A DNA stretch of 64,000 nucleotides from the IMG/VR virus record IMGVR_UViG_3300017917_000784, positions 21,170 through 85,169 of that record; one strand, 5' to 3'. How positions within the stretch are numbered: position 1 is the first letter of the stretch; every line of letters starts with the position of its first letter. A model generated the notes under the pieces. The model saw only the letters and a program-made list of their open reading frames with translations. It ran no database searches and was not told where the DNA came from. Source of the stretch: a virus. Positions 57,047 through 64,000 of the stretch are shown piece after piece. The position numbers were made by a program, and so were the translations under genes.

Positions 57047-58041
57047 TTTACTTTTGGTATTTTACTGTCTGCTGAACTAACACATGTTGGAGTTATACAT
57101 TTTTTAGGACTATCAAATAATTTAAATCCACTTATCAAAGTACCCAATGGTTCGTCATGACAACTATAACTACGTTTAACTTCGTTACCTCTTATTATAA
57201 CACTCTGATATCCAGCATTACAAGACCAATTTTGAAACTTATTAAAACCAAATGCGTTAAATCTTTCGGCTTGATCAAACAAATATTCGTGGCCTAACTC
57301 GTCAAATAACGCTATTTGATACAACTGTTCACCTCTTGATAATTGAGGAAATCCTGTTTGCATTGCTTCTATCATTTTATCATCATAACCACTAACTACA
57401 AAACTAGCAGTGGAGTCACTTTGAGGTTTTAATGTTACATTTATACCTCGCTTATAAAGTCGTTCGCAACGTTCATATGTTTCCCAAAATAATTCTGGCA
57501 CCATGACTTGATTTACTGTTACATGAACACCTTCATAATTTAACTGTAAACACTTATCTCCAAATTCTTGTTCACGTGCAAATTCTGCATGAAAACTGGC
57601 TGTTATACTTCTGCGTTGTAACATTTCAGTATTTTTACACCAAGTGTTCCACCACTTACTTCCTGGACTTAGATTAGTTGTCATGTGAATACTTTGATAA
57701 GGAGAGGCTACCCCGTCATCTAAATGTTTAACTAAATCTAGTAATCGTTTATATGCTGTAGGTTCTCCGCCACTAAAACTCCAATGGAAGTCTGTAAATC
57801 CTCGTTCACGTGCTTGACGTTTTATTTCGTCAACAGTATTTGTATAAATTTCATAATCTAGATGATCTAATTTGTCACTTCTAGCATAAGGCCAGCAGTA
57901 ACTACAATTATAATTACAAAAACGACCTAATATCCAACTGACGTTGAACAACGGTCGATCAAGCATGGTGCGTTGACCAAATTTAACTATTCGGTGGAAC
58001 GGGATATCTCGAAAAGAATTGTCGTAACCATTCAAAGTCAT
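57043..58041 (-). CDS. Radical SAM/SPASM protein
   Basis: CNYNCSYC, SGGEPT, TTN; CNAG...SC...C...C. Confidence 0.9.
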   Translation of the reverse strand: MTLNGYDNSFRDIPFHRIVKFGQRTMLDRPLFNVSWILGRFCNYNCSYCWPYARSDKLDHLDYEIYTNTVDEIKRQARERGFTDFHWSFSGGEPTAYKRLLDLVKHLDDGVASPYQSIHMTTNLSPGSKWWNTWCKNTEMLQRRSITASFHAEFAREQEFGDKCLQLNYEGVHVTVNQVMVPELFWETYERCERLYKRGINVTLKPQSDSTASFVVSGYDDKMIEAMQTGFPQLSRGEQLYQIALFDELGHEYLFDQAERFNAFGFNKFQNWSCNAGYQSVIIRGNEVKRSYSCHDEPLGTLISGFKLFDSPKKCITPTCVSSADSKIPKVK

Positions 58042-58678
58042 TTATTTTACCTAGTGCTTCTAAATCTCCAGCCTTGTGCATGCCATACATTTTGCCATCT
58101 TCTGCACCAAGGTATGCCCAATTGCCGTGGGGTCTGTCTACGTGTGGGGTACACCACTCCATTAATCTGTGTTCAGTTTCAACATCAACCTGTCCGTCTA
58201 TAACTTTACTGGCTAACTTAACACACTCACGAAAGGCACTCTTCCAAGTGTTAAACGGATCTGTATTAAAAGCAGTAATGTTACTAACTTCAGACATTGC
58301 TTTAAATTTTGTACTGATGCTAGTAGTCATATCTGGCTTAGAAGTATCCATATCCAGCGTTAACTTACGCGGTAATAGTTTTACTCCACCGTATCCGTAC
58401 TCTAAATCGTTTATAGGATTGCGACTGCGCCATACATGGACTACATCTAAGTCCCATTCGCTAACTTCGTAGTCAAAATTAAATGTAGGTAATACCTCTG
58501 CATCGCCATCCACTACCCAAAACATTTTAGTAAAGGCTTTTTTAGCCGCGGCAATATGTGCTTGATGAATTCCTGCCACATTGGTAACACGTTTAGCCAA
58601 GGGGTATCGATTTTTTAATCGTTCCCAATTGGCTTCTGCATTGGGCTCACCGTAACTGATAAACACTATGTCGTACAT
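57983..58678 (-). CDS. GT-A-like glycosyltransferase domain protein
   Basis: YDIVFISY, FWVVDGD (DxD), YGYGGVKL, AFRECVKL. Confidence 0.6.
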   Translation of the reverse strand: MYDIVFISYGEPNAEANWERLKNRYPLAKRVTNVAGIHQAHIAAAKKAFTKMFWVVDGDAEVLPTFNFDYEVSEWDLDVVHVWRSRNPINDLEYGYGGVKLLPRKLTLDMDTSKPDMTTSISTKFKAMSEVSNITAFNTDPFNTWKSAFRECVKLASKVIDGQVDVETEHRLMEWCTPHVDRPHGNWAYLGAEDGKMYGMHKAGDLEALGKINDFEWLRQFFSRYPVPPNS

Positions 58679-59352
58679 TAGTGCCACTCCACTTCAGGAA
58701 ACATTGTTATAGTTTTGTATTCAGTATTACTGGTATCGGACGAGATACGATAGATCATATCTGAAAGATGGTGTGGATCTAAAGCGTTAGTAACATCACC
58801 GCAAGGATATGGATTATTTTCATTCCATAAGGTTGTGTTAATACCGCCTGGATGTATACTAGATACTTTTATACCCTTCTGTTTAAGTTCTTGGCCTAAC
58901 ACTCCGGCAAAACTTTTTAAAGCGGCCTTGCTGGCACAGTAAATGCTTTGATGTTGAATTTCTCTTAGTCCTGCTACACTATTAACAAAAACAATTTTTG
59001 AGCCTGACTCCATTATTGTTAACGCTTGATTAGTCACATACATTGTGCCTTTTACATTAGTATCAATAACATTAGCAATATCAAAATATTTTGAATCTGC
59101 AAAGTCGCCTATATGAAAAGCAGCCGTATTGTTTATTAACACATCAATTTTAGTTTTAGTTTTTTTAAGTAGATCAAATGCAGTATGAACTTGACCAATG
59201 TTAGCCACATCAGCAACTATGTGTGTATAGTTGTCATAACTCTTTAAATCTGTTCTACTAAATCCAATAACTTTCCATCCATTTTGTAAAAATGTTTCTG
59301 TTAGTGCTTTTCCTAATCCTCGACTGGATCCTGTAATTAATACTGTTTTCAT
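58678..59352 (-). CDS. Short-chain dehydrogenase/reductase
   Basis: TGSSRGLG, LINN, NS, YCASK, HPGGINT. Confidence 0.93.
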   Translation of the reverse strand: MKTVLITGSSRGLGKALTETFLQNGWKVIGFSRTDLKSYDNYTHIVADVANIGQVHTAFDLLKKTKTKIDVLINNTAAFHIGDFADSKYFDIANVIDTNVKGTMYVTNQALTIMESGSKIVFVNSVAGLREIQHQSIYCASKAALKSFAGVLGQELKQKGIKVSSIHPGGINTTLWNENNPYPCGDVTNALDPHHLSDMIYRISSDTSNTEYKTITMFPEVEWH

Positions 59353-60410
59353 TGCATATTTCTCATTCGTTCGCAGGCCTGTTCTATTTCACTGCGTGTT
59401 ACGTCATTAATAATTTCACAACGGCCAATACTTGTAGGAACAGGTATATATTGATTACCATTGCGATGGTTCATTACATCTTGTAGACCTGCCCATAGCA
59501 AGTCAACATTATAAAAATCGTTGTGTTCTGTAGGCAAGTCACAACTGCGAACAGTTTTAAAAATACGTTGTAAATGATCGTTACTGATATAACCTCTTAA
59601 ATTACTAATACAAGCACTTAAAAGACAATCGAGTATTACTGCTTCTCCGTGCAATAAGTTAGGAACATTTTTCATTTCAACCATAGGACTAAAAGTATGT
59701 CCAAAATCCACAGGACGCTGTAAGTCACGTTCCCAGAGATTATCATTTAGTTCTTCAGTCATGCCTGAAATTGCACGATCAATTATTTTATCTGCTAATA
59801 CGTGATTTTGGAATTTAAGTCGAAGTAGTTCTTGCGGATTAAGTTCAATTAATTCAAATAATTGATAATCAAGAACTATGGCCAATTTTAAAATTTCTGC
59901 CATACCGTTGGAAATTTCTCTATGATCCTGCGTTTTAATAAAAGACTTATCAATTAATGTTAATGTTGGAGGATAAAAACTACCAATTCTATTTCTAAAT
60001 CCAAAATGATTAATACTTGTTTTAGCACCCACACTAGCATCGACAATGGCTAATAAAGTGGTTGGTATTCTTACATAAGGCACACCCCTACGATATATGC
60101 TACAACAAAAGCCCACTAAGTCTAACAGAACTCCACCGCCTACAGCAATAACTGTTTCTCTACGCAGTAATTTTATGTCCTGAAAAAACTTTAAAACACG
60201 TTCGGCGTTTTTCCAATCTTTTTCAGATTCTGTGCTACGCACTGTAAAAATTTCTGTACCAGCAGGAATTTTATCTTTATACAACGCATACACAGTTTCG
60301 TCAATGACTGCTATTCTACGTTGACCAGGAATAACGTCCCAATCTAATGCATTGGATACTTTAACTATATCAAACTCTACAGGAAGAGTAGTTTTTACAC
60401 GCCATGTCAT
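59349..60410 (-). CDS. Sedoheptulose 7-phosphate cyclase (2-epi-5-epi-valiolone synthase-like)
   Basis: GGGVLLD, YRRG, PTTLLAIVDAS, EELNDNLWE..LQRPVDFGHTFSP, LLHGEAV. Confidence 0.87.
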   Translation of the reverse strand: MTWRVKTTLPVEFDIVKVSNALDWDVIPGQRRIAVIDETVYALYKDKIPAGTEIFTVRSTESEKDWKNAERVLKFFQDIKLLRRETVIAVGGGVLLDLVGFCCSIYRRGVPYVRIPTTLLAIVDASVGAKTSINHFGFRNRIGSFYPPTLTLIDKSFIKTQDHREISNGMAEILKLAIVLDYQLFELIELNPQELLRLKFQNHVLADKIIDRAISGMTEELNDNLWERDLQRPVDFGHTFSPMVEMKNVPNLLHGEAVILDCLLSACISNLRGYISNDHLQRIFKTVRSCDLPTEHNDFYNVDLLWAGLQDVMNHRNGNQYIPVPTSIGRCEIINDVTRSEIEQACERMRNMQ

Positions 60411-61366
60411 AATAGTTTATTTACGAGAGCGCAAGCATGAGCATAAAAAAACTTTGCCGCTTCTATGTTTCCAGCGTGACATTTAAACGGCAACATACGA
60501 AAAAACTGTGTGGCTTCGAATAATCTTATTAGCAAATATTCTTGGCTAGTGTATCTGCGCTCTAATTCCTCGTTAAATAGTTTATCAAAATACAATAGAT
60601 TTTTTGGAAACTTAGTGTCGAATCCTGTAACATTTCCGTTTACACGTATCACACTGTCATTAAGAATACCGTAGTAACTGCTACTACACTGTAATATCTG
60701 ACTGTAATCCATAAATTTACTGTCTACTATACCTTCCTCGTATAAGTCAATAAACACTATACCAGTGTCTTCACTATAGAGAATATTTTCTAATGTAGGG
60801 TTTCCGTGTACGTAACTTTCTGTAGTTATAACCTGATCAAACAACTTAGATACTTGATCTAATTTATGTTTAATTCCACTAAATGTTTCTCCCCAGTGTA
60901 CGTAAACATCCATTTGATAAAAATTTTCAAACTCAGAAAATTGTCTAGCATCATTAATTTTTTGTAAAACTTCTTCTTGAAAATAAAGTTTTAAACTGCT
61001 GATGTTTGGCTGATAAGTGTGTTGATGTAAAGTGTCAAATGCCTGCCACAACTGTTGATGCATTCTTTCAGTCTGTTGGACGTCTAGTAAATTTTCTTTA
61101 AACAGTGTTTTAATATCTTTAGCATCAATATATTCAATGTCAAAATATGCGCCTTTATCGCACACACCAGCATCTAATACTCTCGGTACGTGCTGAGGAA
61201 TTATCTGATTAAATCTTTGTAATTTTTTTAGTTGGCTGTACCACCGTACATAGCCGTATTCTCTATCGGCAGTAGTTGAAATAGTTTTTCTTACAAATTT
61301 GCGATCACCGTCAACATATAAACAAGTTGAATTTAAACTACCGCCTTTTAGTTCAATTATATCCAT
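60407..61366 (-). CDS. APH/choline-kinase-like phosphotransferase
   Basis: KGGSL...FVRK, HGNPTLENIL, FID. Confidence 0.72.
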   Translation of the reverse strand: MDIIELKGGSLNSTCLYVDGDRKFVRKTISTTADREYGYVRWYSQLKKLQRFNQIIPQHVPRVLDAGVCDKGAYFDIEYIDAKDIKTLFKENLLDVQQTERMHQQLWQAFDTLHQHTYQPNISSLKLYFQEEVLQKINDARQFSEFENFYQMDVYVHWGETFSGIKHKLDQVSKLFDQVITTESYVHGNPTLENILYSEDTGIVFIDLYEEGIVDSKFMDYSQILQCSSSYYGILNDSVIRVNGNVTGFDTKFPKNLLYFDKLFNEELERRYTSQEYLLIRLFEATQFFRMLPFKCHAGNIEAAKFFYAHACALVNKLL

Positions 61367-61367
61367 A

Positions 61368-62600
61368 TTAAAAATCTAATACCCACTCAGGTAAGGAACC
61401 GCCTACATATCCCCATTTTTCTATTGCTGTCAAAAACTCTTTTCCAGGAGTTTTGTCAATGGCCTGACGCATGGCTAGTGCTCCGGCTAGAGTACCGTCT
61501 GGGTGTCCGTGTACAGCACCGCCGCAGTTAGCAAGAAAATCAGTGCCAAATTTGTCTGCTGTTGGGTTAACAATTCCCGGATGCATGCCGCAACTTAATG
61601 CTGGCAGTACATTTCTCTTATGTAAAGTTTCCATGGTGTATTTAAGTTCATCTTCGTTGTCACTTAAATAGCCTCCCCACATTCCTGCATGGATAGTATC
61701 GACTCCGCACAGGCCTGCAAGATCACATAGCACTGCCCAATCGATACCAAAAGGATTACGCTTGTCTGTAAGAATCTTATCACCGCTCTTTTGGTAATGT
61801 ATAAACAATGGAAGATCCAATCTGCGTATTGAATTATAAACTCCTAATCCACTCCAAAAATTAATGTGGATACCATTACCACCATTGTTGGCTACGAACT
61901 TAGCACGGTCAAGAATAGTATGATGATCGCCGTTAATACAGAAGCAATAGATAACTCCACGTCCGCAGTTATTAACAATATTTGAAATTAATTCAACACG
62001 ATCCTCGAGACGACAAAATGCTGGGTTACTAAGAATCTCATCTTCTTTAATAAAATCGACACCGCCATCTAATAGTTCTTTAACCATGTCGGCCAGCGTA
62101 CTAGGACTAATACCAGTTTTAGGTTTTACAATGGCTCCGGACAGCGGTTTGTCATAACGATTAACAAATTTTCTAATACCGGTAATGCCCCTGCGAGGTC
62201 CTAAAAATTGTTGTTCAACATCTTTAGGAAATTCAACGTGTTTTAATCTACACGATTTGAATACATTGATATCCATCTGACCGCCCATTAATTGGCACAT
62301 AAGGTGACTAATACCGTCGCCTTGCCAGTCAGAATTTATTTTAGGAAAACCAATCTTAACTGTACCACTATGCTTGCCTGTTAATTCTGATTCATTGTGA
62401 TAAATCACACAGGATGACATTTCAAACAATTCATCAGTTTCCCACTGATTTCGTATTTTTGGATTTCCAACACTTTGACCTATAGCAAGATTCCAAGCGG
62501 CATCGCGTAAATCTCCTATGTCAGAATACGTTTCAATATAATATGTTGCAATAACACAACGATCTTTTTCTGTTTGAGTTAGTTCTCGAAAAAATTTCAT
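61368..62600 (-). CDS. RuBisCO-like protein (form IV)
   Basis: GP..GI.GIR, IVKPK, GGVDFIKEDE, TIHAG, SCG, GGAVHGHP; SD AAAGGA before ATG 62600. Confidence 0.93.
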   Translation of the reverse strand: MKFFRELTQTEKDRCVIATYYIETYSDIGDLRDAAWNLAIGQSVGNPKIRNQWETDELFEMSSCVIYHNESELTGKHSGTVKIGFPKINSDWQGDGISHLMCQLMGGQMDINVFKSCRLKHVEFPKDVEQQFLGPRRGITGIRKFVNRYDKPLSGAIVKPKTGISPSTLADMVKELLDGGVDFIKEDEILSNPAFCRLEDRVELISNIVNNCGRGVIYCFCINGDHHTILDRAKFVANNGGNGIHINFWSGLGVYNSIRRLDLPLFIHYQKSGDKILTDKRNPFGIDWAVLCDLAGLCGVDTIHAGMWGGYLSDNEDELKYTMETLHKRNVLPALSCGMHPGIVNPTADKFGTDFLANCGGAVHGHPDGTLAGALAMRQAIDKTPGKEFLTAIEKWGYVGGSLPEWVLDF

Positions 62601-62631
62601 ACTTTTCCTTTCCGTTATTGTAAAGTATTTT

Positions 62632-62967
62632 TTATTTTTTGTCAACTATTTGGACTTCAAACTTATCATTAGGGTCGCTTAGATTCCGTACTACGACTAA
62701 TTTAACATCTGTAAGATATTCGCATTGACTAATTTCGTAAGGCTCCAAAACAAAGATATCTCCTGTTTTAAAAATTTCTCCGTTTATTTTAATTTCGCCC
62801 TCTACTACTAGGTTAATCTCAGTGCCTTGTTTATGAAAATGATCTTGATGAAATTCACCTGCACTATGCTGATGAAACCCAACTTCAAAATTTTCTTTGA
62901 GTAGACTTGGTTCAAAGTTTCCTACAAACCAACCTTTAATAAAGTTATTAATGTGTGCTTTTTTCAT
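62632..62967 (-). CDS. Cupin domain protein
   Basis: GWFVGNFEP, HFHK..TEIN, GDIF.LEPYE. Confidence 0.82.
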   Translation of the reverse strand: MKKAHINNFIKGWFVGNFEPSLLKENFEVGFHQHSAGEFHQDHFHKQGTEINLVVEGEIKINGEIFKTGDIFVLEPYEISQCEYLTDVKLVVVRNLSDPNDKFEVQIVDKK

Positions 62968-63689
62968 TAATCAAACCTTGTGCTTAGTCTTTGAAATTCT
63001 GTTAAATCGTCTGGCGTTCCTACTGGCCAAAATTCTGTATTGCTTATAGGAAATTTTTTTACTGTTTTTCCTCTAGCAATGGAATAATTATAAACTGGCG
63101 CAACATAAAACTCTCCGTTTTCTTTGTGATTATCTTTAATCATCTGCTCGGCATCCTGAAAAAAGTCACGTGTATGTGACCAGTGATAATATCCTGTAGT
63201 AGCGTCGTTGCTAATAACTTTTTTCTCTCTTACTTCAACAACAACTCCGTTCTCTTCACGAACATAACTACATTTAGGACTGGTTTCGTTATAGGTTACA
63301 ATATAACTTATTTCAGGATTTCTCTGTATTTCATCACGAAACTGATAAGATTTCCAATCCATAAATTGATCCCCGTTTACACTAAGCATTGGAGCATCTA
63401 AATCTTTAATATAAGGTTTGGTGTATAATAAACTTTCGGCAGCACCCTGTGTGTTACCATCTATGGCTATAATTTCATCCCCTAACCCTAATAGCATTTT
63501 TTCTAAAAAATTAAACTGCACCAAGTGTTCTTTTCTTATTACAAAATGAATTCGCCCTTTAAGTCCTATAGTTTCTACGCTGTGATATATCATAGGTGCG
63601 CCATGATATGCAATAAGATATTTAGGTAATTCGTAACCTGCTTGTTTAAAACGACTTCCCTGGCCGCATAGACCTATTAATATATTCAT
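62967..63689 (-). CDS. Sugar-phosphate nucleotidyltransferase (NTP_transferase family)
   Basis: GQGSRF..AGYELPK, NGDQ, EKK.IS, GEFYVAPVYN, GTPDDL. Confidence 0.88.
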   Translation of the reverse strand: MNILIGLCGQGSRFKQAGYELPKYLIAYHGAPMIYHSVETIGLKGRIHFVIRKEHLVQFNFLEKMLLGLGDEIIAIDGNTQGAAESLLYTKPYIKDLDAPMLSVNGDQFMDWKSYQFRDEIQRNPEISYIVTYNETSPKCSYVREENGVVVEVREKKVISNDATTGYYHWSHTRDFFQDAEQMIKDNHKENGEFYVAPVYNYSIARGKTVKKFPISNTEFWPVGTPDDLTEFQRLSTRFD

Positions 63690-64000
63690 TGTATTTCCTT
63701 GGCTAAAACTTTGGCCCATATTTCGTGAGTTTCTTTAGTAGGGTGTCCATACTCGTGCCGGCTCCATTTATTATTATAAACTTCAGCACTCCACGTATTT
63801 TTCATATACATATTTTCTAATTCTATATTCCATTTTGATTTTGCGTAATCTTGCCATTGCTGAGGATGATTCCCAATAGCAACAAAATCAAAATATTTTA
63901 TTCCTAATCCTTGACACAACATTCTTAAATTCATCATATATAATGCTGTCAAATTTTCTCCGTAACTGTCTGAATATATTTCATAATATGCTTTATGATA
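63686..64000 (-). CDS. C-terminal part of an SGNH-like protein (5' end outside window)
   Basis: Frame open to 64000; GHPTKETHEIWA terminal motif. Confidence 0.55.
   Translation of the reverse strand, partial: YHKAYYEIYSDSYGENLTALYMMNLRMLCQGLGIKYFDFVAIGNHPQQWQDYAKSKWNIELENMYMKNTWSAEVYNNKWSRHEYGHPTKETHEIWAKVLAKEIQ

Noticed and set aside
34560-58041. RiPP cluster explanation for the radical SAM/SPASM genes
   Set aside because: No precursor peptide, RRE/PqqD domain, peptidase or exporter is visible in the window.
59349-60410. AroB (shikimate pathway), or mycosporine/gadusol sunscreen synthesis
   Set aside because: The signature is EEVS-like. No other aro genes are present, and no adjacent ATP-grasp or MT-Ox partner; neighbours are a kinase and a nucleotidyltransferase.
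61368-62600. True CO2-fixing RuBisCO
   Set aside because: Equivalents of E60, H294 and K334 are substituted; no small subunit or phosphoribulokinase.
232-63401. The many 60-130 aa ORFs antisense to or nested in long genes
   Set aside because: They are shadows of well-supported CDSs, without SD or recognisable motifs.
1-64000. Stop-codon recoding, as seen in some jumbo phages
   Set aside because: Code 11 gives near-complete coding density, with TAA, TGA and TAG all ending full-length genes.
1-64000. CRISPR array, tRNA/rRNA genes or IS elements
   Set aside because: Intergenic gaps are under about 90 bp, and no repeat-spacer pattern, cloverleaf or transposase motif was seen by eye. tRNAscan was not run.
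1-64000. Bacterial chromosome or NCLDV origin
   Set aside because: T4-like PolB, clamp and Rnh, bacterial SD and sigma70 signals, many short coupled hypotheticals and no cellular housekeeping operons point to a large phage.

Overview
This is a gene-dense, AT-rich segment of a large T4-like (jumbo) dsDNA bacteriophage genome read in the standard genetic code. I found no rRNA, tRNA, CRISPR array or mobile element. The left half (1-32 kb, all + strand) is a replication and nucleotide-metabolism core: family B DNA polymerase (5' end outside the window), sliding clamp, RNase H/FEN, MoxR AAA+/vWA pair, DHFR and ThyA. Interleaved with it is a 7-deazaguanine pathway (TGT/DpdA-like transglycosylase, T-fold protein with LxxxHRHxF, FolE, QueE). 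A GTDC1/QTMAN-like glycosyltransferase and two dehydrogenases sit in the same gene run as the transglycosylase. The right half (32-64 kb, both strands) is a large tailoring island. The whole window holds 11 radical SAM genes, about 12 cupin/2OG-Fe(II)-type genes, 3 amidinotransferases, 3 PLP enzymes, a QueC-like ATPase, glycosyltransferase-like paralogs, and SGNH, GNAT and methyltransferase genes. The island ends in a compact operon of nucleotidyltransferase, cupin, RuBisCO-like protein, kinase, 2-epi-5-epi-valiolone synthase-like cyclase, SDR and GT-A protein. The best candidates for undescribed systems are (i) a glycosylated 7-deazaguanine DNA hypermodification and (ii) a phage-encoded RLP/C7-cyclitol (pseudosugar) nucleotide pathway. 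All functional calls come from motif recognition by eye; no database searches were run.
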